From: a virus
Taxonomy: Duplodnaviria; Caudoviricetes
IMG/VR virus record: IMGVR_UViG_3300037602_000037
Length of the DNA: 64,000 nt
Direction: 5' to 3' (one strand)
The notes beneath the pieces are model-generated. The model was not told the DNA's origin, made no database searches, and was given only the letters and a program-made list of their open reading frames with translations. The position numbers were made by a program, and so were the translations under genes. Below are positions 10,035 to 20,749 of this stretch, piece after piece (within the stretch, counting starts at the first letter, position 1; every line of letters starts with the position of its first letter).

Positions 10035-10068
10035 CACGTTAATTCGGTCTTATAGAGAGGAATATACC

Positions 10069-10545
10069 ATGTCATTCAAAAACTCTGTGAGACCGTATTA
10101 TACTAAACCTAAAATGTTGGTTAAAAAACCAAGATTAAGAATATCCCAAATATCTAAACATACTCCTAATGACACTAAGAAAAAAGCTAGGATAGTTGCT
10201 ATTTTAAAAGCTTGGGAAGGTAAAGTTCCTAAAGCATTAGAAGGTTACACTTGCTACAGAGCCGTGACTAAAAATACCAAAAACGGTCACCGGTACAAGT
10301 TAGCCGTATACACTCCTGATAAAAAAGTAACCAGGGAATCAAAAGTAATAATTGATTCACCCAATCCAGTGGCTGTATACAAATATGAAGTAGCTTTAGC
10401 AAAACGTGGTAACGCTTTTATCCATTATTCTAATGGGGATCATCCTATTAGAACTAACCCGGCTTTAAAGCCAGGTATGGATCACCATATGTATAAGTTC
10501 CTATCCTATTTGGTTAGAAATACTAATAAGTCTGGGTTACGGTGA
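10069..10545 (+). CDS. basic hypothetical protein
   Basis: GAGGA RBS; TAATT-N6-TATA motif upstream. Confidence 0.7.
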   Translation: MSFKNSVRPYYTKPKMLVKKPRLRISQISKHTPNDTKKKARIVAILKAWEGKVPKALEGYTCYRAVTKNTKNGHRYKLAVYTPDKKVTRESKVIIDSPNPVAVYKYEVALAKRGNAFIHYSNGDHPIRTNPALKPGMDHHMYKFLSYLVRNTNKSGLR

Positions 10546-10548
10546 TAT

Positions 10549-11142
10549 ATGCCTTATTTTGTAGGTTCGGACCCAGGAGATTCTAATTATGGTTATTGCG
10601 TATTAAAAGCTAATACTGCAAAGGGTATACTACACCTTAAAATAATTGAAATTGGAATGTTTACTTGTCAAATAAACAATTTGACGGATAAACCTGCTAA
10701 ACCTCCTAAGTCAAAAAGACGTAAGAGAACCAAAATAATGTACCCTCCATTTGAAGAACAATTGAAATTGTATTCAAGGGAATGGATTAATATACTAAAT
10801 ACCTTTAAACCAAAAAAGTTGACAACTGAAAGATTCCAAGCCAGAGGCTTACGCGGAAAATCTATTGAAGCAGTAAGCATAATGAATGGTGCTTCGTGTT
10901 TAATAGCCCAAAGTAAACATGTAGACTTTGAAATGATTACAGCGGCTACTTGGAAAAACCAAATTAACGGTTGCACTAATTTAGAAGAAATATATGACTT
11001 AGTAGATGGATTAACACCGCACTCAATAGACGCTTGCTTCCTAGCAGTATACGGTGTTTTAAAATATTTTAAGTTGAAGTGGGATGATGTTCCATATGCT
11101 TCAATTATTGAACAGTTTAAACTATTAGAAATGGATACGTAA
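10549..11142 (+). CDS. ruvC: RuvC-like Holliday junction resolvase
   Basis: N-terminal VGSDPG, central TTERF, C-terminal SIDAC; RNase H-fold acidic pattern. Confidence 0.7.
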   Translation: MPYFVGSDPGDSNYGYCVLKANTAKGILHLKIIEIGMFTCQINNLTDKPAKPPKSKRRKRTKIMYPPFEEQLKLYSREWINILNTFKPKKLTTERFQARGLRGKSIEAVSIMNGASCLIAQSKHVDFEMITAATWKNQINGCTNLEEIYDLVDGLTPHSIDACFLAVYGVLKYFKLKWDDVPYASIIEQFKLLEMDT

Positions 11143-11219
11143 TTATTCTATTACTAATTCTTTTGTGCAAGGATATTCGTTCATGCGTATTTCCTTTGTA
11201 TGTTGTCCCTGTACTATTT

Positions 11220-11257
11220 GGTCCGTTGGTAATTTATTTTACTAACGGACCTTTTTT
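11220..11257 (+). terminator. intrinsic terminator
   Basis: GGTCCGTTGGTAA / TTACTAACGGACC stem then T6. Confidence 0.75.
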
Positions 11258-11306
11258 ATGCGCTTACCGTAAAGAAATTGTACTAATAGCGCGTAAGGTT
11301 ATATAA

Positions 11307-11873
11307 ATGTCAAAATTCGTTTGCCCACATAATGATGATACTCTTATTGACGGAAGATGTTGTATAACTGAATGTCCATACCACATTATAAATGTTTCTG
11401 AATTCTTTAATTTGAGTGTTGAAGAAAATGAAAAAACTGATTGCGTTTATTATGACTCTGACATTATGTCTAACGTAGGTGATAAAACGCAAATCAGTGC
11501 GTTAAGCAGAGATTCTAGACGCCTTACTACTAGGACGATTAAGTCTATGTACAAAGAAGGCTTAGTCAGAATCAAATCATTACATCTTTTAACCCATTCG
11601 GCTCCTGAACACTCTAAATGCTGTAAAGCTTGTGGGTATCCACAAGTAGACGATAAGTGCACAAGCTCTACACTATGTTCCGCTAGAAATGAATGGGTTA
11701 CGTTCATACTGAATTCATATTCATTGAATCCTGTACTAAATAAAAAACAAATAGCTTGGGATTTATTGATACAAGGCAAACTGCAAGCAGAAAAATCATC
11801 ATTAGAAAATGGTATCAACTTATGTAATAAAAAGCATATTACTTCCAATTCTTATGAAACTACCGTAAAATAA
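11307..11873 (+). CDS. Cys-rich hypothetical protein (putative Zn-binding)
   Basis: CPH, CCITECPYH, CCKACG, CTSSTLC. Confidence 0.65.
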   Translation: MSKFVCPHNDDTLIDGRCCITECPYHIINVSEFFNLSVEENEKTDCVYYDSDIMSNVGDKTQISALSRDSRRLTTRTIKSMYKEGLVRIKSLHLLTHSAPEHSKCCKACGYPQVDDKCTSSTLCSARNEWVTFILNSYSLNPVLNKKQIAWDLLIQGKLQAEKSSLENGINLCNKKHITSNSYETTVK

Positions 11874-11904
11874 ATGTATAACACATCCAGAAAAGGAAAT
11901 TAAA

Positions 11905-12681
11905 ATGTCATTAGAAGTAAAAAAGATAAACGACTTTTCGTTAATCAATCGCATGGCTAATAACGAAGGATACTTATACGTTATTAACAATACGGATGCT
12001 ATACCAAATAATGGAGGTATCCGTGGCGTTTTCCATATGGTAATCAAGGATTCTAATGGAGAAGAAATCTCTATTAATATTCCTAATACTTGGGTTCCTG
12101 TGGATCTAGCACAGTTTTGTGATCCCTCTATTATTGCCAATTCCCACCTATTTCGTTCTAATGTTAATAGTGGCTACCTTGTAGTAATTGCTAAGGATCA
12201 AGCTACCCAAATTCTAAATACGGAAGCAGCTAAGTCAGAAATAAACAGGTATAAGAAGGAACAACAGGAAAGGAATGCGACTAGGTCACTTAGTACAAGT
12301 GACAGGGCGACTATTAATACCAATAACACTACACCCGTAATGAATAACACTCCAGATCTTAGTGGTAATCCGGCGGAAACTGCTGCTTCATCCCAAAATG
12401 GTAATAATCAACCTCTATCAAATTTTGATAGGGAATTTATGAACATTCTACAAAGGTACAACGCTGGAAAAGCCACCGAAAAACAAACTATCATAGATAT
12501 CTCCAGTATAAATGGAATGCCTAGTGACGATGTAGTTACTAGTGGATCCAATCAGATTTCCGCTTCTTCCAGTAATATCCGTAAGTACCTATCTATGGTT
12601 ATTGGGGCTAATGAAATGCCCTCAATTGAGGAGGTGTTTGGTAGTGCTGATGTACTATCAGACGTTTCCTTTCAAGACTAA
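11905..12681 (+). CDS. hypothetical protein
   Basis: 258-aa ORF with AAGGA RBS. Confidence 0.75.
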   Translation: MSLEVKKINDFSLINRMANNEGYLYVINNTDAIPNNGGIRGVFHMVIKDSNGEEISINIPNTWVPVDLAQFCDPSIIANSHLFRSNVNSGYLVVIAKDQATQILNTEAAKSEINRYKKEQQERNATRSLSTSDRATINTNNTTPVMNNTPDLSGNPAETAASSQNGNNQPLSNFDREFMNILQRYNAGKATEKQTIIDISSINGMPSDDVVTSGSNQISASSSNIRKYLSMVIGANEMPSIEEVFGSADVLSDVSFQD

Positions 12682-12757
12682 AGAAATAACACCTAAACCC
12701 TCAAAAAGAAAAGTCGTAAGCTCTTGTAAAATAAGCGAAATTACGATTTATTAGGGG

Positions 12758-12786
12758 TTGTGGTAGATAACCGCGTGTAGTATAAT
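12758..12786 (+). promoter_or_regulatory. sigma70-like promoter
   Basis: TTGTGG-N17-TATAAT, followed by leader hairpin GGCGGCACTT...AAGTGCCGCC. Confidence 0.55.
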
Positions 12787-12871
12787 ATAAAGGCGAGCCC
12801 AACTACGGCGGCACTTGACTCTTTTCTTATGGGTAAAGTGCCGCCATAATTTATATTATGGAGAAGGTACT

Positions 12872-14251
12872 ATGGGTATTTCACAAGGCGGTTACAATAG
12901 CAATAAGAAAAAAGGTTCACTAGGTGACCAATTCCCTGAAGATATTTTGAAGATATTTAAGGTAGATAATACTCCTGAGGATACAGGTAATAACAATCAA
13001 GAAGAAAAAGAAAAATTTGAATATAGAACTCGATCTGAGCTTTACATCAATCAAAATAGTACAGCAAAAGAATTGCTTAAAAAAGCTATTGAGCATGTCA
13101 GAGAATACGACAGCAAAGAAACTGCTGTAAAACTTATGAACAAGGCTTATGCCTACTGCCCTTCAGTTACCAACAAACGGAACATATCCGAAGCTAATAA
13201 GAGCTTAAAGGCTGCAATAAAAGCGGAGAAATGGAAAGCTTCTAAACGCAAGCATAAGCATGTTCGCGAAAATGCAGTTACTAATAATCTTGATACATTC
13301 TATGATAAAGTTGCCACAGCTATTGAGTCTATTCAAGTAGATGTTGAAAAGAATAGCAAAACGTTTTTTAACAAAATCAAAAAAGAGTATCATTCCGAGC
13401 TTCCCTTAACTCTTCCAGACAGTAAATCTTCCGTTATCAAAAGCGCTCCTGTAGTCATCATGGCTAAAGGTTTGGTAGACAAAAAGCGTGACATTGTTCA
13501 CATGGAACATTCTATGTTCCTAGTCAAAGATGCTAAACTACTGGGCGTTAACAACGTTAAGAATAAGAAGCCCATAGAAAAAGCTAAATCTATTGCTAGT
13601 AAGAAGGGTTTCGTTATATATGAGGAGCAACTCGTAAGACCTGCAACTAATATTACGTGGTTTTTAATACTGGACTTTAATTGCTACGTAGGTTTTGCTA
13701 CTTTCCCAGAATTTCTTGACTCGCCTTCCGATGAGTTTGATCTATCATATTCTGGCATGGTAGCTAAGTCTCTTCAACTTGATGACAACGTTCGTAGCCT
13801 TAAAAATGATAAGCTAAGGTCTATTAGAAATCAGTTTGAACAAGATAACTCAACTCTTATAAAAGACATCAAAGCTACTAAAATCAATATTGAAAACTTT
13901 TTAGAAGCTCGTAAAAGGATAAATGAGAGATTTATATCAGTTACTACAATTGATGAAAATGAAGGAGGACTTGACATTAAGTTTAGAAACAGGCTTTACA
14001 AACGATCAATGGATTATAGGGATTTCCTGGTATCTTCAGGATATTCTTACATAGATGCAAACGTAGAAGCTTTTAGACTAAGAGTTGAGGCTAACACCCT
14101 CTATTATGAAGCTGAGGAGATTAAAGAAATTCAAAAAGAAGAAAATAACAAGCTTAGATTTTTGGAAAAAATGTTGCTTGAGAATAAACAGATATACGCA
14201 GAAAAGATGGGATTGATATCCCTAACTAAGTACGATTCATTAGATAGTTAA
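12872..14251 (+). CDS. hypothetical protein (coiled-coil C-terminus)
   Basis: Long ORF; GGAG RBS before ATG 12872. Confidence 0.75.
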   Translation: MGISQGGYNSNKKKGSLGDQFPEDILKIFKVDNTPEDTGNNNQEEKEKFEYRTRSELYINQNSTAKELLKKAIEHVREYDSKETAVKLMNKAYAYCPSVTNKRNISEANKSLKAAIKAEKWKASKRKHKHVRENAVTNNLDTFYDKVATAIESIQVDVEKNSKTFFNKIKKEYHSELPLTLPDSKSSVIKSAPVVIMAKGLVDKKRDIVHMEHSMFLVKDAKLLGVNNVKNKKPIEKAKSIASKKGFVIYEEQLVRPATNITWFLILDFNCYVGFATFPEFLDSPSDEFDLSYSGMVAKSLQLDDNVRSLKNDKLRSIRNQFEQDNSTLIKDIKATKINIENFLEARKRINERFISVTTIDENEGGLDIKFRNRLYKRSMDYRDFLVSSGYSYIDANVEAFRLRVEANTLYYEAEEIKEIQKEENNKLRFLEKMLLENKQIYAEKMGLISLTKYDSLDS

Positions 14252-14314
14252 ACGTTTGTTTGGTAGCTTACTTTCGGTCTATAGGTTGTGCTTAAGTCGA
14301 TATAGATATATAAA
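14250..14314 (+). promoter_or_regulatory. sigma70-like promoter with upstream AAACGTTTGT box
   Basis: AAACGTTTGT 14250-14259; TTGTGC(14286)-N17-TATAAA(14309). Confidence 0.55.
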
Positions 14315-14362
14315 GAAATGTCGGCTTACCGATAGAAACTATAACTACGCTAACTACTACCT

Positions 14363-15658
14363 ATGAGGAACAACATGACCAAGAAAACCGTGGACGACAC
14401 CCGTAGCACAATTGCTGATTTTGGAGACCTTATTGGAAAGGACGGAGCTTCAGAATTGGACAATATGCTTGAGTCCATACCTGTAGATGGGGATATCGCC
14501 GACAGCATTATTGAAGCTGAAGTTTACGGCGATAATTATGGGGAAACTCAGGAGGAAGAAACTTCCGGCGAACAAACGTTTGTTATGGACGTTGACATCG
14601 ACAATACGGATGAAAAACCTCAGGAGTTGGTTCTTACAATGGACTTTCCTGAAGAAGAACCCGAGGAAGAACTCGCATCCAGCGACATACTAGAAATTAT
14701 GATGTCGCCCGATGAAGAAAATGAGGAATCTCCCTCTATGTCGAGGGAAGAATTGGTGTCTAACATCATATCCTACTACAAGCTCGTCAATATCCCGTTT
14801 TTGCCGAGTACGCTGGACATGATGACAGATGCACAGCTAGAAGAACATCTGAAGCTGCTTGATGCTAACAACGGCGGCTCCTGGAACATGGCTACTGCTT
14901 TGACTGCGGCCAAGGAAAACTATGAAAAATTTATTTCGTCGGAAGTCCTGAACGCTAAATTGAAGTTGGTTGATGAAAAATCACACGATTTCGTTCGTAT
15001 GGCCCAACAGATATCCCGTAAACTTGGGTCTGATACAGTTATTTCCGGAGTTAGAGTTGACGAGTACCATACACTGCTCCGTAAGATCGTGAAGGATTAC
15101 TCGGCTGTGATGGACAAAGTGTTCTCCGTCGGCCAAACTCTGGGTATTAACTACCCTGATCCGGAACCCAGTAATGAAGACAATTTCATCCCTATCATGG
15201 AGAACATGCCCCACAATCCGGAATTTGCATTCTACACGCTAAACGTTTTGCTGGCACATCTGGATAAGTTCTTCTATATGTCGTCGGCTACCACGAAAAC
15301 AAATGAAAATTTGAAGCGTCGGTGTGAACAGCTTGAACTGGAAAACAAGAAACTCCGCGATGAGAGTTCGACACATTATGAAGTGTCGAAAAACCTTCGA
15401 GCTTCTATCGATAGGATCAATCAAGCGTCGTACTACGTGATACGGGATCGGGTTAACGCTGGTTACATCAGAAAGAGAAACCCCGACGCTCCTGTTAGAA
15501 AAATCAAAGACTTGGACTTGCGGGGCAAATTGCATGAAGATGCTATGGAATTTACTTCTTTGGAGAAGGCTAAATCACTGGTATCTCGTCTTATGGCGCA
15601 CAAGGCTTATCGTAAGCGTGACCTGTACGTTAAGCGCGTTACCGTGACCGTAGCTTGA
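14363..15658 (+). CDS. hypothetical protein, acidic N-terminus, coiled coil
   Basis: 431-aa ORF (start may be ATG 14375 after GAGGA); visibly more G/C-ending codons than neighbours. Confidence 0.8.
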   Translation: MRNNMTKKTVDDTRSTIADFGDLIGKDGASELDNMLESIPVDGDIADSIIEAEVYGDNYGETQEEETSGEQTFVMDVDIDNTDEKPQELVLTMDFPEEEPEEELASSDILEIMMSPDEENEESPSMSREELVSNIISYYKLVNIPFLPSTLDMMTDAQLEEHLKLLDANNGGSWNMATALTAAKENYEKFISSEVLNAKLKLVDEKSHDFVRMAQQISRKLGSDTVISGVRVDEYHTLLRKIVKDYSAVMDKVFSVGQTLGINYPDPEPSNEDNFIPIMENMPHNPEFAFYTLNVLLAHLDKFFYMSSATTKTNENLKRRCEQLELENKKLRDESSTHYEVSKNLRASIDRINQASYYVIRDRVNAGYIRKRNPDAPVRKIKDLDLRGKLHEDAMEFTSLEKAKSLVSRLMAHKAYRKRDLYVKRVTVTVA

Positions 15659-15671
15659 AGTGGAGATTAGT

Positions 15672-16127
15672 ATGAAAAATCTATCAACTATTGTCCCGCT
15701 TTGCGTAGAGGAAGGCCCATATGGGGCTAACCTAGTTGCCGTAGAACCCGATAATGAAGTAGCCATGTTGAAGGCTAGGACGTTGTTGGCCTTTCTCAAC
15801 GAAAACGATGCGCTTACTAGCGAGACGTTTAATGACCGGTTCAACATTATTTGGCCGCGGGCTTTGCCTAAACCGGAGTTGAGATCAGTCTATACCGATA
15901 TGACGGAGTACGACTTCACAGTTAAAGCTCTCATCGGGGTTACTTGGAAGCGTCCCGCTTGGCATCAACCTGGGTTTATCTTGGTAGATACCAGTCTTGA
16001 AGATTCCATATACGAACGTTTTCTTGATTACTCAAGTTCGTGGATGGACAACAACGCAGATCAACGAGTATACATCAGGAATAACTTACCTGTTGCTATG
16101 CTGAGCGACATGCAAGTACAAAGCTAA
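15672..16127 (+). CDS. hypothetical protein
   Basis: GGAG RBS; followed by terminator. Confidence 0.7.
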   Translation: MKNLSTIVPLCVEEGPYGANLVAVEPDNEVAMLKARTLLAFLNENDALTSETFNDRFNIIWPRALPKPELRSVYTDMTEYDFTVKALIGVTWKRPAWHQPGFILVDTSLEDSIYERFLDYSSSWMDNNADQRVYIRNNLPVAMLSDMQVQS

Positions 16128-16133
16128 AAATAC

Positions 16134-16159
16134 TGGGAGGGGTTAGCCCCTCCCATTTT
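16134..16159 (+). terminator. intrinsic terminator
   Basis: TGGGAGGGG-TTAG-CCCCTCCCA-TTTT. Confidence 0.8.
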
Positions 16160-16187
16160 CTGTACCTAAATTTAAGGAATAGTAACT

Positions 16188-17630
16188 ATGAAAAACGTTT
16201 ACATGCAGCCCTTTTTGTCGTTCTATAGCATCGGTAGTATTGCTCCTGATATGGATAAATTTTTATCAGATCCATTCTTTGATCCAAAGGCTTTACAACT
16301 GGCAATTGGAGCCAAAAACACAAGTGTAAAATTACCTGCTCATGTTTACATTAATCAAGAAAGTGATTATTTCGATGATTACTACAGCGAATTGACGAAT
16401 AAGTGGTTAAACGAACCGATTAAATCTGAAGCAGAATGTAATAATAGGTTGAAATCATTTATTGAAATGATGCTTATCGGTAATAGGGGTATGGATACTG
16501 ATTATATTATTAGCGTTCTTACGCATTACTTAATAAATAACAATAACATATCCACTGATGCAGACTATAGTTCGGTACAACCAACATTTGAAGAAGAACT
16601 TGTAGTACAAGCAGAAAATTTGGCTGGTACTAAAAATCCTATATTGCTTATTTGTTTTTCTCTTGCTATAGACGGTAAAAAAGAGTATTTCGCTGCTTGC
16701 CTACATACCCCAGATGAGTATCAAAATGGTACTGGCGCGTCGTACCATCGACGTGTTTTTGAAATTCTTCTCTACGTCTTATCGAAGTGCGGGATGCCAA
16801 ATATTTCAAATAGGTTCATTAATTCATTGCCTATGTACAATATACTAACGCTGTATAATTCGGTGTGCTCATTTGATGAAGAACCTTCTAAAACACTTCA
16901 AGTGTATAGCCATCTGTTAGACATGCCTGTACCAGATCATTCGATATACAGAAGGTGCAAACAATTGTATCCCAATCTTTCTATAATTGATTATCAAATA
17001 TGGATTGACGAGATTAACCTAAGCGTAGTGGACTATGACGTATACGGTATCGAGGAAGCTTTCACAGTAGATGGTGATTACACTGATGTATTAGATCAAT
17101 TTAATTTTGATGAAATTATATCAAAGGTTGAGTCATCCGTAATAGTTAATCCCAATGATGAATATGCGGAAGATAAAAACTCCGCTAAATTAATGTGCGT
17201 TTATGACAAAGACAATGCTACTATGCAAGAAATGCTTTTAGATAGCGTAGGTTTTTACGTGAATAAAGCTCAATTTGATAAAATTATGGCACTTAGGGGT
17301 GAAGATAAACAGTCGTTTGCTACTTACATCCATAATAAGTTAGCGGATAGTTTACTTGATCTTTGGGGTATTGATCTATCCCCAAACACACTTGATGCTA
17401 GTACGATCGCTAAATATAAAGAATGTGCTTCGAAAAATAATGTAATAGTGACAAGTTTTTTGACTGTTAAACCAAGTCGTATATCTTTAATGGGGTTATT
17501 GATTTATTTGCCTGTATTACTAACCTTTATGGGCAATGATTACTTCGATGAAATAGATTATGAGCCCCAAGATTTACTTGACGTATTGGATGGCCTTATA
17601 CGTAACGTGAGACCTCCATTATTACACTAA
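16188..17630 (+). CDS. hypothetical protein
   Basis: 480-aa ORF, AAGGA RBS. Confidence 0.75.
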   Translation: MKNVYMQPFLSFYSIGSIAPDMDKFLSDPFFDPKALQLAIGAKNTSVKLPAHVYINQESDYFDDYYSELTNKWLNEPIKSEAECNNRLKSFIEMMLIGNRGMDTDYIISVLTHYLINNNNISTDADYSSVQPTFEEELVVQAENLAGTKNPILLICFSLAIDGKKEYFAACLHTPDEYQNGTGASYHRRVFEILLYVLSKCGMPNISNRFINSLPMYNILTLYNSVCSFDEEPSKTLQVYSHLLDMPVPDHSIYRRCKQLYPNLSIIDYQIWIDEINLSVVDYDVYGIEEAFTVDGDYTDVLDQFNFDEIISKVESSVIVNPNDEYAEDKNSAKLMCVYDKDNATMQEMLLDSVGFYVNKAQFDKIMALRGEDKQSFATYIHNKLADSLLDLWGIDLSPNTLDASTIAKYKECASKNNVIVTSFLTVKPSRISLMGLLIYLPVLLTFMGNDYFDEIDYEPQDLLDVLDGLIRNVRPPLLH

Positions 17631-17666
17631 CGCTAATTATGTCTGTATTACACTGGGAATGATAAA

Positions 17667-18038
17667 GTGCAACCTTCAAAAATACTCGTAGATATGTCGA
17701 TAGCAAGAATTGACCAAAAAAGCAATTCCTACGGAGCTAATAGAGTAATCAGAACTATTATAACGGTACCAAAAAATGAAAAAGGTAAATTACCCAGAAC
17801 AAATTGGTACGCGGCTACGTATAAAACCTACGAAAATGAAGACATTTTGAAACTACGACCTGTACCTACCAGGTCTCATTGTAGGTCGTCCGACTATAAA
17901 CATTACGCCAGATTACTTATTGATAATATCATGACCACTGCGGTTTTCTACGAAAAAATATTGGGATTAGAAGGAACTGTTGACTACCATGGAAATGTGG
18001 ACATTATCATTCCCCATTCCAGGAGAATACTTATATGA
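17667..18038 (+). CDS. hypothetical protein
   Basis: ORF overlapping terL start (ATGA coupling). Confidence 0.6.
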   Translation: MQPSKILVDMSIARIDQKSNSYGANRVIRTIITVPKNEKGKLPRTNWYAATYKTYENEDILKLRPVPTRSHCRSSDYKHYARLLIDNIMTTAVFYEKILGLEGTVDYHGNVDIIIPHSRRILI

Positions 18039-20365
18039 ACCGCAAACCTTTAGGTAAGCCTATAAAGGCAGATCTAGACAGGAGTTGTGTGCTATGTACA
18101 AAATGGCAGGGTTGCAGAGATCCTGCCAAATCTTTTGACTACGCTTGCAGCAGATTTAAACCAAATTCTGATTTAAACTTATTCGAAATATTCGAAAAAG
18201 AAGATGCAGAAGTAGCTACTACCACCAAACGTAGTAATAGTGAATTTCCATTAGCCAATAGTAGAGCTTTTAACACTGATTTACAAGTTTTTGATCCGGA
18301 AGATGACGAAGATAGCCTCGGGGAACTATCAAAAATAGTTAAATCTGTGCTTAATTCTGGAGTACCGGTACCTCCAGATATACGTCTAAAAGACGACGGT
18401 ATATTCAAACCTAAAAACGTGGTGGAATGGATAACTGATCCCCAGTGCGTAGGTTCAGAAGAACCACCTTTTGGTAAACAAATCCAAGTTTTGTCGCACC
18501 TATTTGCAGAATGGTGCCCCAACTGTTCTGATGAAGATTACTTTGAAGACGTTCCTGTTGAAGATCGCCTTGACGACATACTAGAACACGTTGTATTTTT
18601 AGAAAATGGTCGGTGCCCTTCGTGCAAGATGAATAAGGGTGACTTAGTAGCTGAAGAAATACTTAATGACCCTGATGAAATGGTTGGGGTTGTGGGGCAG
18701 CGTGGTTCTAAGAGTATAACAGGTACATTGGCTGAGAGCTATAACTTTGCCAGATGGCTAATATGCCCTAATATTCCAGCCACATTCCAAATTCTGCCTT
18801 CTTCTGTATTACGCATGACGTATACAGCTACTACTTTTAATCAGGCTAAAAGTAGTTTCTGGGATCCCCTTAATAACTTACTTACTTCAGCTCCATGGTT
18901 TAAAGAATACCACAAATTCCTTGATGAAATAGGCAGGGAGTATGGAGAAGAATTATATAAGCATAGTGAAACTCTAATAGCTTATAGACACAAAAACATA
19001 TTTGCTTCTCCCGCTTCACCCTCCCAGCGTTCTTTGCGTGGTAGAACTTCTATATCCGCTGTTATCGATGAAGCTGGTTGGTTTAAAACCGGTCAAAAGA
19101 AGTCAGGTGGTGACTTCGAAATGATGAACGGTCAAGAAGTATACATCGCTTTGAAGCGAAGTTTTAGAACTATGTCATCTGGGTATAATAGAAGCTTTAA
19201 AAAGGGTTTCTTCAATATACCTAAACCTATAATGATAATGATTTCCTCGCCTTCTGCTAGGAATGATTTGATTATGAGTAGGTATAGAGAATCTTTTGGT
19301 TCTAGAAAGGTATACGCCTTTAAGTATCCTACTTGGGAATTTAACCCCCTGATATCCAGAGAGGACTTAGACGAAGAATTTAGAACTAAACCAATGGAAT
19401 GCGCCCGAGATTACGGTTGTGAGCCTCCAATGGCAATGGGTGCTTGGATAAACGATGAAAAATTAATATTACCATCTTTCTCAGGTAAGAAAAACGCTTT
19501 TAACTTGATCAGAAAACGCGTTAGAACTAAATCTAAAAAGCTAGCCACCTCAGCTTCATTGAAAATGTTAAAGAAATCAAAAAGTCCTTATGGTGGTGTA
19601 CTAGGTATAGATGCTAGTTCTAATAATAACTCATTTGCTTTCTCGGTAGCGTATCCTACTAGTATCCCTGATATAGAGGATGAGGAAAACGAAGAAATTT
19701 TGGTACCTATTGAAATTATCGCAGTGGGTGAAGTAATACCAACTAAAAAGTATCCTATATCCTTCACCAAATTGTATAAAGACGTTATAAAGCCTATATG
19801 CGAGATATACAATATAGCGGTAGTTGTATCAGACGGGTGGCAGAGTAGAAAGATAGTTCAAGATCTTGAAGATTCATTAGGCTTGGATTACTTTGATATT
19901 CGTCTTAATATGGAGAACTTCAACGACTATAAAGAAGCGTTATACGACGAGTTAATATCCCATCCTAAATTAGAAATGGAAGTAGAGAGTATTGTTGAAA
20001 CTACTATGGATAATTATCCTGAATGCTTCTTGAATAAACCTTGTTCCCACTTATTCTATCAATTTATGACTGTTAGAAACACTGGTAATTCAGTTGTTAA
20101 AGGTGATGATGGGGCTACAGACGATATTTTAAGGGCTTGCGTAATTGCTCATACCGCTTTGCAAGATGAAGAAATATTAGAAATATGTGAAGACTTTAAT
20201 ATACCATATGATGAGTCTATAACAAAACCTGCTATTGCAGCTATATCAAGTAGCGGTGGTGCTGGTTATTCTAGAGCGGGAAGTTCAAATGTCGGCGTTA
20301 AAGCTTCAATGGGAAGTAAATCTGGAGGAAATACTAGTTTAGGCGTCGTTTCTAGGCGAAAATAA
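18035..20365 (+). CDS. terL: terminase large subunit
   Basis: Walker A GQRGSKS, LRGR..AVIDEAGW Walker B, ISSP coupling motif, nuclease GIDAS, SDGWQS, DDILRA. Confidence 0.85.
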   Translation: MNRKPLGKPIKADLDRSCVLCTKWQGCRDPAKSFDYACSRFKPNSDLNLFEIFEKEDAEVATTTKRSNSEFPLANSRAFNTDLQVFDPEDDEDSLGELSKIVKSVLNSGVPVPPDIRLKDDGIFKPKNVVEWITDPQCVGSEEPPFGKQIQVLSHLFAEWCPNCSDEDYFEDVPVEDRLDDILEHVVFLENGRCPSCKMNKGDLVAEEILNDPDEMVGVVGQRGSKSITGTLAESYNFARWLICPNIPATFQILPSSVLRMTYTATTFNQAKSSFWDPLNNLLTSAPWFKEYHKFLDEIGREYGEELYKHSETLIAYRHKNIFASPASPSQRSLRGRTSISAVIDEAGWFKTGQKKSGGDFEMMNGQEVYIALKRSFRTMSSGYNRSFKKGFFNIPKPIMIMISSPSARNDLIMSRYRESFGSRKVYAFKYPTWEFNPLISREDLDEEFRTKPMECARDYGCEPPMAMGAWINDEKLILPSFSGKKNAFNLIRKRVRTKSKKLATSASLKMLKKSKSPYGGVLGIDASSNNNSFAFSVAYPTSIPDIEDEENEEILVPIEIIAVGEVIPTKKYPISFTKLYKDVIKPICEIYNIAVVVSDGWQSRKIVQDLEDSLGLDYFDIRLNMENFNDYKEALYDELISHPKLEMEVESIVETTMDNYPECFLNKPCSHLFYQFMTVRNTGNSVVKGDDGATDDILRACVIAHTALQDEEILEICEDFNIPYDESITKPAIAAISSSGGAGYSRAGSSNVGVKASMGSKSGGNTSLGVVSRRK

Positions 20366-20369
20366 GCTG

Positions 20370-20398
20370 TTTACTACTAATTTGTTTTGTGTTATACT
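20370..20398 (+). promoter_or_regulatory. sigma70-like promoter
   Basis: TTTACT-N17-TATACT. Confidence 0.5.
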
Positions 20399-20428
20399 GT
20401 AAGTAGAATGTAACAGGGAGCACTTAGT

Positions 20429-20749
20429 ATGGGAAAGAGCAATAAGAGGAAATTATCTAAACAGCAGCGTCTTGAAATAGCTAAAGCTAAAGTTGAAAAA
20501 ACTTTGAAGGCTACTGGTTATTATTTGAGTAAGTCCAAACATGGTGATGTTAATCCCAATAAATTCCCTGATCTAACAGTTACAAAAAGTAGACATCCAT
20601 CTTTAGGCGATGGTTTTGATAGAACTACTGGTAAAAAGTCCTTGCCCGAGGGTGCTAAACACTTCCCTATTGGTAACTCCCATAAACAAGGTCCAATGCT
20701 GATTACTGGCGCGGATAGAATGGAGGATATGGGTGGCAAAAAAACGTAG
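20429..20749 (+). CDS. basic hypothetical protein
   Basis: GGGAG RBS, 106 aa. Confidence 0.65.
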   Translation: MGKSNKRKLSKQQRLEIAKAKVEKTLKATGYYLSKSKHGDVNPNKFPDLTVTKSRHPSLGDGFDRTTGKKSLPEGAKHFPIGNSHKQGPMLITGADRMEDMGGKKT